A DNA stretch of 64,000 bases, from positions 452,793 to 516,792 of the forward strand of contig CAWEIZ010000002.1 of NCBI GenBank assembly GCA_963809325.1, written 5' to 3'. Made by a program: the position numbers and the translations under genes. This DNA comes from an uncultured Actinomycetes bacterium (GTDB lineage: Bacteria; Actinomycetota; Thermoleophilia; Gaiellales; JAICJC01). This document shows positions 36,001 to 45,132 of the stretch, one piece after another (the stretch's first letter is position 1; each line of letters opens with the position of its first letter). The notes beneath the pieces were generated by a model. That model was not told the DNA's origin and searched no databases. It saw only the letters and a program-made list of their open reading frames with translations.

Positions 36001-37422
36001 ATGAGACGGATCCTTCTGCCGGCGGTCGCCGTGGCGGCTGCTGCGCTGGCCGGGACGAGCGCACAGGCAACGGCGGCGGTCGCGCCCAGCTGGGCGCTCC
36101 TGCCGATCGGGCCGTTCCCCGGTTGCAGCCTCGTGCTCGACAACTGCGACAACGACATCTGGAGCTCCGACGTGAACACGAAGGGATGGGTGGCCGGCGG
36201 AGGCTTCCCCGACCTGCACCGCGCCTGGATCTGGAAGGGCGGCTCGCTGATCCAGCTCGGCGAGGGCAGCGGTGCCTTCAGCTTCGGCGCCGACGTGGCG
36301 GCGATGAACGACGCCGGTGACGTGACAGGGCACGTCGAGGACGTCGGCGGGATCCAGCACGCCTATCTGCACGTGAACGGCAGCGCGACGTTCACCGACA
36401 TCGGGACGCTGGGAGGCGCGCAGTCGAACGGCGAGGGGATCGATGCGAACGACGTCATCGTCGGCAGCTCGGACACGGCCGGCGGTCAGAGCCACGCCTT
36501 CCGGTGGGCCGGCGGAACGATGACCGACCTCGGCACGTTCGGCGGCCCGAACAGCCACGCGACCGCGATCGCACCCGGCGGCCTGATCGCCGGGTCGGCG
36601 CAGACCGCTGCCGGTCACTGGCATGCGTTCCTGATCAGAGCCGGCCATATGCAGGATCTCGGCTCGCTGGGAGCGCTCGACAGCTTCGCGCTCTCGGTGA
36701 ACGCCGCCGGCACGGTCGTTGGCTTCACCGAGACACGCACAGGCGTGAAGGACGGGTTCGTGCTCCGAGACGGGCATCGCACCGACATCACCGCCCGCCT
36801 GAAGGCCGCCGGCCTGCCGGCCGCGTCGAGCGTGGCCGCGGACATCACCGACGCCGGCGACGTGGTCGGCTCGGCGACCCGCGCGGACGGCACGCGGTTC
36901 GGCTACGTCATCACCGGGGGCACGGTGTTCAGCCTCGATCGGCGGACGGTCACCTGCTGCGCCCAGGTCCGTCCGGGCGCCCTGAACAGCGCCCTCCAGA
37001 TCGCCTCCGACGGCGACATCGACCAGTTCACCGCGAAGGTGTGGGAACCGGTGCAGATCTTCGACGACGGGAGCTCCGCGCTCGTCTACACGGGTCACTG
37101 GACGAGGCAGGCCTCGAGCGGTGCGTGGCTCGGGCACGTCTCGACCTCGACGCGGGCGGGCGACTCCGTCAGCCTGTCGTTCACCGGCAGGCGCGTCTGG
37201 TGGATCGCGCCGATGGGCGTCGGCGGCGGCATCGCACGGGTCTTCGTGGACGGCTCGCTTGCGGCCACGGTCGACCTCTCGCAGACGCCGACCGGCATCC
37301 TCCGCCGGCAGACCGCGTTCCTGCGGTCGTGGCCGGGAGTGGGGCACCACACGATCAAGGTCGTCGTGGGCACGCGCGCCCCCAGGGTCGACGTCGACGC
37401 GTTTGCGGTGTCGATGCGGTAG
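36001..37422 (+). CDS. secreted HAF-repeat protein with C-terminal beta-sandwich-like domain
   Basis: Signal peptide plus repeated G..HAF.W..G.M.DLGT(L/F)GG units. Confidence 0.8.
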   Translation: MRRILLPAVAVAAAALAGTSAQATAAVAPSWALLPIGPFPGCSLVLDNCDNDIWSSDVNTKGWVAGGGFPDLHRAWIWKGGSLIQLGEGSGAFSFGADVAAMNDAGDVTGHVEDVGGIQHAYLHVNGSATFTDIGTLGGAQSNGEGIDANDVIVGSSDTAGGQSHAFRWAGGTMTDLGTFGGPNSHATAIAPGGLIAGSAQTAAGHWHAFLIRAGHMQDLGSLGALDSFALSVNAAGTVVGFTETRTGVKDGFVLRDGHRTDITARLKAAGLPAASSVAADITDAGDVVGSATRADGTRFGYVITGGTVFSLDRRTVTCCAQVRPGALNSALQIASDGDIDQFTAKVWEPVQIFDDGSSALVYTGHWTRQASSGAWLGHVSTSTRAGDSVSLSFTGRRVWWIAPMGVGGGIARVFVDGSLAATVDLSQTPTGILRRQTAFLRSWPGVGHHTIKVVVGTRAPRVDVDAFAVSMR

Positions 37423-37440
37423 CGGGCGGCCCGCCCGGCG

Positions 37441-38199
37441 CTACCCGTCGACCTCCTCGGGCTCCTCGTACCAGCGGACCTTGTCGCCGACCCGGTTTCG
37501 CATCTTCCACTTGGTCGACTTGGGCTCCGATTCGATCCGCGCCCACAGCCGCTCGAGGCGCTCGCTCACGAGTGCCCGCTGCTCGTCCGTGAGGCTCGAG
37601 TCGACCAGCGCGTTGCGGGTGCGCTCGACGTTCAGGAGACTCGTGCGCCAGAGGCCCCAGTCGCCGGCGCAGAGCCGGGCGACCCGCGCGCCGTTCACGA
37701 CGTCGCCGCCGCCGTCGCCCTCGGCGATGTCGTGGTGGTAGAGGATCGTCAGGATGTCGGCCTGGTCCTTGGCGTTCAGCTCGACGATCTGCATCTTGGT
37801 GAGGAGGAGCTCGGCGAGCGGGACGGCCGACGGATGGAGCTCGATCCGCTCGGTGATCGGAATCGAGTGGCACATCTCGAACGCCCCGACGAAGACGTCC
37901 ACCTGGCGGCCGTGCGGGGGGTCGTAGTAGAGCAGCCGGCGATGGCCGTTCGTGGCGTTGAACGGCCGGTCGGCCTCGTAGCCCATCGCCGTCATGAACT
38001 CGGAGACGCGCTTTCCGCGGCCCTTCAGCGTGACGAGGTCGATGTCCTTGTACGTCCGCGCGATGACCGGCTCTCCGCCGACGTGCATCCGCACCGCGAG
38101 GCCGCCGACAAGGCGGACCGGAACGTCCGAAGTGGCGGCCGCTTCGAGCAGGCGGTTCGCTTCCAGGACGATGTCGTCGAGAGGGGCGTGATCGGACAT
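37441..38199 (-). CDS. nucleotidyltransferase-fold hypothetical protein
   Basis: The hG[GS]-x(n)-DhD pattern (VGGLAVRMH...YKDIDLV) is present. ATG 38199 is in frame within track ORF 37441..38358. Confidence 0.55.
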   Translation of the reverse strand: MSDHAPLDDIVLEANRLLEAAATSDVPVRLVGGLAVRMHVGGEPVIARTYKDIDLVTLKGRGKRVSEFMTAMGYEADRPFNATNGHRRLLYYDPPHGRQVDVFVGAFEMCHSIPITERIELHPSAVPLAELLLTKMQIVELNAKDQADILTILYHHDIAEGDGGGDVVNGARVARLCAGDWGLWRTSLLNVERTRNALVDSSLTDEQRALVSERLERLWARIESEPKSTKWKMRNRVGDKVRWYEEPEEVDG

Positions 38200-38233
38200 C
38201 CGTGGGTGGGCGTAGAGGGTACACTCGCCCGCC

Positions 38234-39340
38234 ATGAAGATGCGCGCTGCAGTGCTGGAGGCGTTCGGGGAGCCGCTCGCCGTCCAGGAGATCGACATCG
38301 CCGAGCCGCACGCCGGCGAGGTGCTGGTGCGGCTCGAGGCGTGCGGCGTCTGCCACACCGATCTCTACACCGCCTCGGGGGCCGACCCGTCGGGGTACGC
38401 CCCGACCGTGCTCGGGCACGAGGGCGCCGGCGTCGTCGAGCGGGTCGGCGACGGGGTCACGCTCGTGGGCCCGGGCGACCACGTCGTCACCCTGTTCTCG
38501 CCGCAGTGCGGCGAGTGCATCCACTGCAAGAGCCCGCGCACGAACCTGTGCCTCGCGATCCGCGACAAGCAGGGGCAGGGCTACCTGCCCGACGGCACCG
38601 CCCGGCTCTCACGCGGCGGCGAGCCGATCCGCCACTTCATGGGCTGCTCGACGTTTGCGGAGTACACGGTGATGCCCGAGATCGCGCTCGCCAAGGTCAA
38701 CCCGGAGGCGCCGCTCGACCGGGCCTGCCTCTTCGCCTGCGGCCTCTCGACGGGCCTGGGTGCGGCGCTCAACACGGCGAAGGTCGAGCCGGGCTCGACC
38801 TGCGTCGTCTTCGGCGCGGGAATGGTCGGGCTGGGCGCGGTGGCCGGCTGCCGCCTGGCCGGCGCCGAGCGCATCGTGTGCGTCGACCTCTCGGAGGATC
38901 GCCTGGAGCTGGCCCGCGGCCAGGGGGCGACCGACACGATGGTGGGCGGGGAGGACGCGGTCGCGCAGATCGTCGAGATGACCGGCGGGTTCGGGGCCGA
39001 CTACACGTTCGAGGCGACCGGCAACGTGAAGGTGATGCGCCAGGCGGTCGAGGCCGCCCGGATGGGCTGGGGGCTCTGCACGGTCGCGGGCGTGGCCGGC
39101 AAGGGCGAGACGCTCGACGTGGTCCCGCGCCTCCTGATCACCGGCCGCCGCATCGCCGGCTCGTCGTTCGGCGGCGTCAAGGGGCGCGAGGGCGTGCCGG
39201 CGTTCGTCGACCGCTGGCTGGCGGGCGAGATCGACGTCGACCCGTTTCTCTCCCACCACATCACGCTGGACGAGGTGAACCGCGGGTTCGAGCTGATGGA
39301 GGCCCAGGACGGCATCCGCAGCGTTATCAGCTTCAGCTAG
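38234..39340 (+). CDS. zinc-dependent class III alcohol dehydrogenase (thiol-dependent formaldehyde dehydrogenase-like)
   Basis: CGVCHTD, GHEGAGVVE, CGECIHCKS and the GAGMVGLGA Rossmann motif. The 368-aa ORF is intact. Confidence 0.9.
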   Translation: MKMRAAVLEAFGEPLAVQEIDIAEPHAGEVLVRLEACGVCHTDLYTASGADPSGYAPTVLGHEGAGVVERVGDGVTLVGPGDHVVTLFSPQCGECIHCKSPRTNLCLAIRDKQGQGYLPDGTARLSRGGEPIRHFMGCSTFAEYTVMPEIALAKVNPEAPLDRACLFACGLSTGLGAALNTAKVEPGSTCVVFGAGMVGLGAVAGCRLAGAERIVCVDLSEDRLELARGQGATDTMVGGEDAVAQIVEMTGGFGADYTFEATGNVKVMRQAVEAARMGWGLCTVAGVAGKGETLDVVPRLLITGRRIAGSSFGGVKGREGVPAFVDRWLAGEIDVDPFLSHHITLDEVNRGFELMEAQDGIRSVISFS

Positions 39341-40062
39341 CTGCGGCGGAAGAGGCCGCGCCAGCCGTCGCTGTCGCTCTCGCCGACCGCTTCGCGCAGG
39401 GGGCCCACGTCGACGCCGGCCGGTCGCTCCGGCGGGGAGTCGGCGGCTGCGACCAGCCGCTGCACCCGGGCGCGCTGGGCGGCGTTGATGTCGACGAATG
39501 CGCAGCCCGCGATCGTGCGGCCGTTGGCGCCGTCGCGCAGCGAGGTGATACGCACCTCGGCCTCGACGTGCTCGGCGAAGAACCGGCCGTTGAAGACCAG
39601 GCGGTCGTGGATGCGAAGCACGCGCCAGGTGGCGAACGCCACGCCCGACTCGCTGAGATCGACGATCGTGCCCTCGATGCGGTCGCCGTCATTGACGTCG
39701 CGGCAGCTCACGGCGATGAGCCAGGCGACACCGCCGGCCGGCACGCGCGGCGTGCGCCGGCGTGAGTGGTCGGGGCCGACCGAGACGGCGCGCAGCCTGA
39801 CCCGGGCGAGCTCATTCGTGTGGAACGACGCATCCTCGGTCTCGAAGCGGACGAGCCACGGCTGCGCCTCCTCCGGGACGATGATCCGTCCGCGGAGCGG
39901 CATGCCGGTCGCCACCGCGAGCCGCGGGGCGGTCGCCCACACCTTGGCGCCCTTCATCCCGGTGGCCTGCATCGGGATCAGGACGCCCGCGTCGGTCTCG
40001 AGCTCAGCCGTCATGCCGGCGAACAGCATGCGAATGGCATCCGAGGGGTTGAGACGTGGCAT
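39337..40062 (-). CDS. PilZ-domain protein (putative c-di-GMP receptor)
   Basis: The RRRTPR (RxxxR) and DLSESGVAF (DxSxxG) motifs are at the correct spacing. The start is uncertain (ATG 40062, 40029 or 40104). Its stop overlaps the ADH stop region. Confidence 0.7.
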   Translation of the reverse strand: MPRLNPSDAIRMLFAGMTAELETDAGVLIPMQATGMKGAKVWATAPRLAVATGMPLRGRIIVPEEAQPWLVRFETEDASFHTNELARVRLRAVSVGPDHSRRRTPRVPAGGVAWLIAVSCRDVNDGDRIEGTIVDLSESGVAFATWRVLRIHDRLVFNGRFFAEHVEAEVRITSLRDGANGRTIAGCAFVDINAAQRARVQRLVAAADSPPERPAGVDVGPLREAVGESDSDGWRGLFRRS

Positions 40063-40973
40063 CCGGTGAGGTATCGGCGCGAGAGGCCCGCGACCTGAGG
40101 GCAACCTCCGAGCTCGTCGTCACGCTCGTCCTGTTCGGCAGCTCGTTCCCGGCGTTCAAGCTCGCGACGGAGCACTTCGGCGTCGGCACCGTGGTGGGCC
40201 TCCGGTTCGCGCTCGCCACGGTGACGCTGATCGTCATCGGCCGCGGCCTGCCGTCGCTCGAGCCGCGGATGTGGCGGCGCCTGCTGCTGATCGGCGCCGT
40301 CGGGCTCGGCGGCCAGGCGGTCGCGATGACGGCGGGGATCGACGCCGGCAGCTCGACGCTCGGCGCGCTCGTGCTCGGCCTCGAGCCGATCGGCGTGGCG
40401 GTTGCCGCGGTGCTGGTGGCCCGCGAGCGGCCGACGCCCGCCACCCTCGCCGGCCTCGGCCTCGGACTGGCGGGCGTCGCCGTCGTCTCGGGCCTCTTCA
40501 CCTCGGGGGTCTCGGGCGCGGGCAGGCCCGTCGCATTCCTGCTGCTCACCGTCGTCCTCTTCGCCGCCTACACCGTGTCGGTGCGCCGCGAGGCCGGCAG
40601 GCTCGACGCCGGGGCGGTGGCGGTGGTCACGTCGATCGGGGCGTGCGTCCTGACGCTCCCGCTGATCGCGCTGGACGTCGCCCACGGCCGCGCCGTCCAG
40701 GGCGAGCTGCACGCGTCGTCGGTGGCGGTCGTGGTGTACATCGGGGTGGGGAGCGGCATCGCCTACTTCCTCTTCGCCCACGTCCTCTCGCGCCTGCCCG
40801 CGTCGCGGTTCGCCGTCGCCATGTACGCGGTGCCGACGATCGGCGTCCTCGCGTCGTGGGCCGTCCTCGGCGAGCGGCCGAACGCCCGCGACGTCGTCGG
40901 CGGCGCCATGATCCTGGGGGCCGTGTGGATCGCCGAGCATCGCCGGGGCGGGCGCGACGTTGCGGCGGCGTGA
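40056..40973 (+). CDS. EamA/DMT family transporter
   Basis: 305-aa ORF of about 10 TM helices with two EamA-like halves. The start is uncertain because it overlaps the divergent PilZ start. Confidence 0.8.
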   Translation: MASGEVSAREARDLRATSELVVTLVLFGSSFPAFKLATEHFGVGTVVGLRFALATVTLIVIGRGLPSLEPRMWRRLLLIGAVGLGGQAVAMTAGIDAGSSTLGALVLGLEPIGVAVAAVLVARERPTPATLAGLGLGLAGVAVVSGLFTSGVSGAGRPVAFLLLTVVLFAAYTVSVRREAGRLDAGAVAVVTSIGACVLTLPLIALDVAHGRAVQGELHASSVAVVVYIGVGSGIAYFLFAHVLSRLPASRFAVAMYAVPTIGVLASWAVLGERPNARDVVGGAMILGAVWIAEHRRGGRDVAAA

Positions 40974-41013
40974 CCGGGCCGGCCGCCGGTCAGTAGTATC
41001 GGAGACAGCCGAA

Positions 41014-42486
41014 ATGGAGGACGTGATGTCGCAGGTCGCCACCGAGACCCTCCGGGGCATCCCGGAGATCCGCCGGTTCTTCCGCACCCAGACGACGCCC
41101 GTCTACTTCGTCTCGGCGACCGCGTTCAACCTGCTCGGGATGGACCGGTGGGTGCGGGCGCTGCGGTACATCAACTACTACGACTCGTTCGACGGGCACC
41201 ATCCGCGCGTGTTCGTCCCGCGCGACCGGCCGCACCGGGCGTTCGACTCGATCGAGGAGATCTGCAACCACCTCCTGGCCCACAAGGAGACGCACGACCT
41301 GATCGGCGACCGCGGCGGCAAGGTCGTCTTCCTGATGTTCGACGACGAGACCGAGAGCCTTGCCGCCGACCTCGGGCTCGACGTCGCGTTCCCGCCCGCG
41401 GCGCTGCGGCACCGGCTCGACTCGAAGATCGAGACGACGCGCATCGCCGACGAGGCGGGTGTGCCGAGCGTCCCCAACATCCTCGGCCGGGCCTCGACCT
41501 ACGACGAGCTGCGCGCGCTGGCTGCGACGGGCGGCGTGGGCGACGACCTGGTCGTGCAGACGCCGTACGGCGACTCGGGCCAGACGACGTTCTTCATCGC
41601 CTCCCAGGCCGACTGGGACGAGCACGCCGTCGACATGGCCCGCGAGGAGCTCAAGGTGATGCGGCGGATCAACTGCCGTGAGGCGGCGATCGAGGGCGTC
41701 ATCACCCGGCACGGGACGCTCGTCGGCCCGCTCATGACCGAGCTGGCCGGCTTCCCGGAGCTCACGCCCTACGGCGGCGGCTGGTGCGGCAACGACGTCT
41801 CGTCGACCGTCCTCACCGACCGCCACCGCCAGATCGCGCGGGAGCGCACCCGCGCCATGGGCGACCGGCTCGCGGCCGAGGGCTACCGCGGCTACTTCGA
41901 GCTCGACTTCCTCGCCGACGTCGACACGGGCGAGATGTACCTCGGCGAGCTCAACCCGCGGGTGACCGGCGCCAGCTCGATGACCAACGTGACCGCCGTC
42001 GCCTACGGCGACATGCCGCTCTTCCTGTTCCACCTGCTCGAGTTCATGGACGTCGACTACGAGATCGACGTCGCCGAGCTGAACGAACGCTGGAGCCAGT
42101 CGCAGGCCATCGACTCGTGGAGCCAGTTCATCCTGAAGCAGACCGACGACACGATCGAGCTGATCACGCACGCGCCGACGTCGGGCATCTGGCGGCTCGC
42201 GCCCGACGGGTCGATCGGCTTCGTCCGCCGCGACACCGACTGGCACGCGGTCGCCGACGAGCGCGAGGCGTTCTACCTCCGCATCGCCGCGGCCGGCTCC
42301 TACCGGTATCCCGGCGCCGATCTCGGGATCCTCGTGACCAGGGGCCGGCTGATGGACGATGATCACAACCTGACCGATCGCGCGCACGCCTGGATCGATG
42401 GGGTGAAGGGCCAGTTCAGGGGCGAGCCGGTGGCTCCCGCCGTGCCGGTACAGCCTCCGGAGCCCTTCTCGTTTAAGATGTTGTAG
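41014..42486 (+). CDS. ATP-grasp family protein (carboxylate-amine ligase-like)
   Basis: The central ATP-grasp core reads LVVQTPYGDSGQTTFFI, EGYRGYFELDF and YLGELNPRVTGAS. ATG 41014 is used. In-frame ATG 41026 has the better GGAGG RBS. Confidence 0.8.
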   Translation: MEDVMSQVATETLRGIPEIRRFFRTQTTPVYFVSATAFNLLGMDRWVRALRYINYYDSFDGHHPRVFVPRDRPHRAFDSIEEICNHLLAHKETHDLIGDRGGKVVFLMFDDETESLAADLGLDVAFPPAALRHRLDSKIETTRIADEAGVPSVPNILGRASTYDELRALAATGGVGDDLVVQTPYGDSGQTTFFIASQADWDEHAVDMAREELKVMRRINCREAAIEGVITRHGTLVGPLMTELAGFPELTPYGGGWCGNDVSSTVLTDRHRQIARERTRAMGDRLAAEGYRGYFELDFLADVDTGEMYLGELNPRVTGASSMTNVTAVAYGDMPLFLFHLLEFMDVDYEIDVAELNERWSQSQAIDSWSQFILKQTDDTIELITHAPTSGIWRLAPDGSIGFVRRDTDWHAVADEREAFYLRIAAAGSYRYPGADLGILVTRGRLMDDDHNLTDRAHAWIDGVKGQFRGEPVAPAVPVQPPEPFSFKML

Positions 42487-42488
42487 GA

Positions 42489-43484
42489 GTGCAGTCGATC
42501 CAGTTCACATTTCGCGCCGTGCAGGAGGATCGGCCGGGGGAGGCGTGGCGCGGCGTCTTCGAGGAGCTGTGGCCCAGGTACCGGGACTGGTTCCTCCGCG
42601 ACGGCGATGCGGCCCGCTCGAGCTTCGCCCACTCGTCGCGCATGCTCCGCGAGCACATGCCCGAGCTCGTCCCGACCTGGCAGCGGCTCGTCGAGCTGGC
42701 CGGCGGCGGCGACGTGGCCGCGCGCATGCTCTCGATGGTGAACCCGCCGCCGTACCTGAGCGGCTGCTCGCAGGGCGTCTTCCGCGGGCCCGGCGGCCCG
42801 CTCCTCGTCCGGAACTACGACTACGCGCCGGCGCGGCTCGAGGGGCTCGTCTGGAACACGGCGTGGAACGGGAAGCGCGTGATGGGCACGAGCGACTGCC
42901 TGTGGGGCCTCCTCGACGGCATCAACGAGGACGGCCTGGCGGTCTCGCTCACGTTCGGCGGCCGGCCGGTGCTCGGCGACGGGTTCGGCGTGCCGATCGT
43001 CCTGCGCTACCTGCTCGAGACGTGCTCGACCGTGCCCGAGGCGGCGGCGGTGCTCGCCCGGCTCCCGTACCACCTGGCCCACTCGCTGACGCTGGCCGAC
43101 CTCAACGGCGACGTGCTGACGGCGCACCTCGCACCCGACCGCGGCGTGGCCTTCCGGCCGCAGCCGGCCGCGACGAACCACCAGGACGTCGTCGAGTGGA
43201 CCGAGCACGCCGCGGTCACGCGGACGCTCGAGCGCGAGGCGTGCATCCTCGCGATGCTCGACGACCCGGCGACGACCGCCGACGGCTTCGTCCAGGCGTT
43301 CCTGGCGCCGCCGCTGCGGTCGACGACCTACTCCCGCGGCTTCGGCACGCTCTACACCGCCTCCTACAACCTGCCCGAGCTGACCGTCGACTACCGCTGG
43401 ATCGGGGCGGGCTGGAGCCACTCGCTTCGGAGCTTCCAGCCGAGCACGCATGTCGAGGCGCTGGTCGAGGCCTCGGTCGCGTAG
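42489..43484 (+). CDS. C45 family peptidase / Ntn-hydrolase (acyl-CoA:6-APA acyltransferase-like)
   Basis: SGCSQGV (candidate Cys nucleophile) followed by LLVRNYDY. It starts 3 nt after the ATP-grasp stop. Confidence 0.7.
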   Translation: MQSIQFTFRAVQEDRPGEAWRGVFEELWPRYRDWFLRDGDAARSSFAHSSRMLREHMPELVPTWQRLVELAGGGDVAARMLSMVNPPPYLSGCSQGVFRGPGGPLLVRNYDYAPARLEGLVWNTAWNGKRVMGTSDCLWGLLDGINEDGLAVSLTFGGRPVLGDGFGVPIVLRYLLETCSTVPEAAAVLARLPYHLAHSLTLADLNGDVLTAHLAPDRGVAFRPQPAATNHQDVVEWTEHAAVTRTLEREACILAMLDDPATTADGFVQAFLAPPLRSTTYSRGFGTLYTASYNLPELTVDYRWIGAGWSHSLRSFQPSTHVEALVEASVA

Positions 43485-44418
43485 CGTCCGCGCGGCGCTC
43501 GCGGCGTGCGTCGCCGTGGCCGCTCTCGGGGTCGCCGCACCGGGCGCTGCCGCCGGGCCGCTGGCGGGCGCGTGCACCGGGCAGGCCGGCCACCCCGCGA
43601 CCTACCGTCACGTCCTCGTGATCGTGATGGAGAACCACTCGGCCCGCCAGATCGTGGGCTCGCCGAAGACGCCCTTCATCACGAGCGTCGCCCGCAGGTG
43701 CGGCTGGGCGTCGCAGTTCCACAGCATCACGCACCCGTCGCTCCCGAACTACCTCGCGCTCACGTCCGGCTCGACGGCCGGGATCACGACCGACTGCAAC
43801 GGCTGCCGCAGCAGCGGGCCGAGCATCTTCGAGCAGGTCGAGGCCGCCGGTCGATCGTGGCGGGCCTACGAGGAGTCGATGCCGTCGCCGTGCCTGCGCG
43901 CCGACCACGGCCGCTACCTGATGCGCCACAACCCGCCCGCCTACTTCACGCATCTTCGGCCGACGTGCCCGGCGTCCGACCTGCCGATGGGCACCCCAGC
44001 GCGGGGAGCGCTGCGGCACGCCCTCCGCCAGAACACGCTGCCGGCGTACTCGTTCGTGACGCCGGACGCCTGCCACGACATGCACGACTGCCCGAAGCGG
44101 GTGGGCGACGCATGGCTCAGGTCGTGGCTGCCGCTGATCCTCGCGAACACGTCGTACCAGAACGGCGAGCTGGTCGTCTTCCTGACGTTCGACGAGGGCC
44201 AGGGCGGCGTCGAGGGCGAGAGCTGCCACCTGCACCCGAGCGACCCGAGCTGCCATGTGGCGACGATCGTGATCAGCCCGTACATCGAGCCGGGAACCGT
44301 CTCGCGCACGCCGTTCACGCACTACTCGCTCCTGCGCACGACCGAGAACCTGCTCGGCCTGCCGCTCCTCGGGCGGGCGCAGAACGCGGTCGGGATGCGG
44401 CGCGCGTTCGGGCTCTGA
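43450..44418 (+). CDS. secreted phosphoesterase family protein (acid phosphatase / PLC-like)
   Basis: Signal peptide, then HVLVIVMENHS, HPSLPNYLALTSG and TFDEG. The start overlaps the previous gene and is uncertain. Confidence 0.75.
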   Translation: MSRRWSRPRSRSVRAALAACVAVAALGVAAPGAAAGPLAGACTGQAGHPATYRHVLVIVMENHSARQIVGSPKTPFITSVARRCGWASQFHSITHPSLPNYLALTSGSTAGITTDCNGCRSSGPSIFEQVEAAGRSWRAYEESMPSPCLRADHGRYLMRHNPPAYFTHLRPTCPASDLPMGTPARGALRHALRQNTLPAYSFVTPDACHDMHDCPKRVGDAWLRSWLPLILANTSYQNGELVVFLTFDEGQGGVEGESCHLHPSDPSCHVATIVISPYIEPGTVSRTPFTHYSLLRTTENLLGLPLLGRAQNAVGMRRAFGL

Positions 44419-44462
44419 ACGACCCCTGGGGCCAGGCCCGTGGGGCCTGGCCCCGGTGGTTC
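44417..44462. repeat. REP-like palindromic element, copy D
   Basis: GAACGACCCCTGGGGCCAGGCCCGTGGGGCCTGGCCCCGGTGGTTC. It begins inside the TGA stop at 44416-18. Confidence 0.85.
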
Positions 44463-44481
44463 GGGTCCCAACTTGCGTCCC

Positions 44482-44497
44482 TAGTGAATATTCACTA
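44482..44497. promoter_or_regulatory. perfect 16-bp palindrome, candidate TetR operator overlapping the tetR promoter
   Basis: TAGTGAATATTCACTA lies between TTGCGT (44473-78) and TAACCT (44496-501), which are separated by a 17-nt spacer. ATG 44512 follows. Confidence 0.65.
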
Positions 44498-44511
44498 ACC
44501 TGCCCCTCTTC

Positions 44512-45132
44512 ATGGTCCAGGAACGCACCCGGCTCACGCACGAGGATCGGCGCACAGCCATCCTCGACGCGGCCCGGCACGAGTTCGCGCGCAAGGGGTT
44601 CCGGGGCGCGGGCACGGCCGACATCGCGGCCCGGTGCGGCTGCTCCGAGCCGATGCTCTACAAGCACTTCGCCTCGAAGCAGGAGCTCTTCGCCGCCGTC
44701 CTCACCCACGCCGGCTCGCTCATGGGGCAGCGCGTCGACGCGCTCCTCGACGAGTCCGGCGACTCGGTGACGGCGGCGCTCGTCGAGGTCGCCGAGCTCG
44801 CGGCCACCGACGAGCTGATCGTCGAGGTGATGCGCCTGCGGATGCTGGCGGCGTCGCTCGTCGGCGAGCCGGCCGTCCGCGCCGCCCTGGACGAGAACAT
44901 GCGCTTCATGCGCGCTCGCATCGTCGCGATGCTCGCCCGGGCGCGCGACCGTGGCGAGGTGCGCTCCGACCTCGACCTGGAGCACGTCGCGTGGCTCTGG
45001 GTCGGCTTCACCCTCTCGTGCGGGTTCCGGCACGCCCTCGAGCCCGAGCGGGCCGTCGAGGACAGCCCCTTCGTCGCCCGCACGTTCGTGCAGATGCTCA
45101 GCACCGATCCCAACGCAGAGGAGGCGGAATGA
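44512..45132 (+). CDS. TetR family transcriptional regulator
   Basis: N-terminal TetR HTH (RRTAILDAARHEFARKGFRGAGTADIAARCGCSEPMLYKHFASK). ATGA overlap with the MFS gene. Confidence 0.9.
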   Translation: MVQERTRLTHEDRRTAILDAARHEFARKGFRGAGTADIAARCGCSEPMLYKHFASKQELFAAVLTHAGSLMGQRVDALLDESGDSVTAALVEVAELAATDELIVEVMRLRMLAASLVGEPAVRAALDENMRFMRARIVAMLARARDRGEVRSDLDLEHVAWLWVGFTLSCGFRHALEPERAVEDSPFVARTFVQMLSTDPNAEEAE

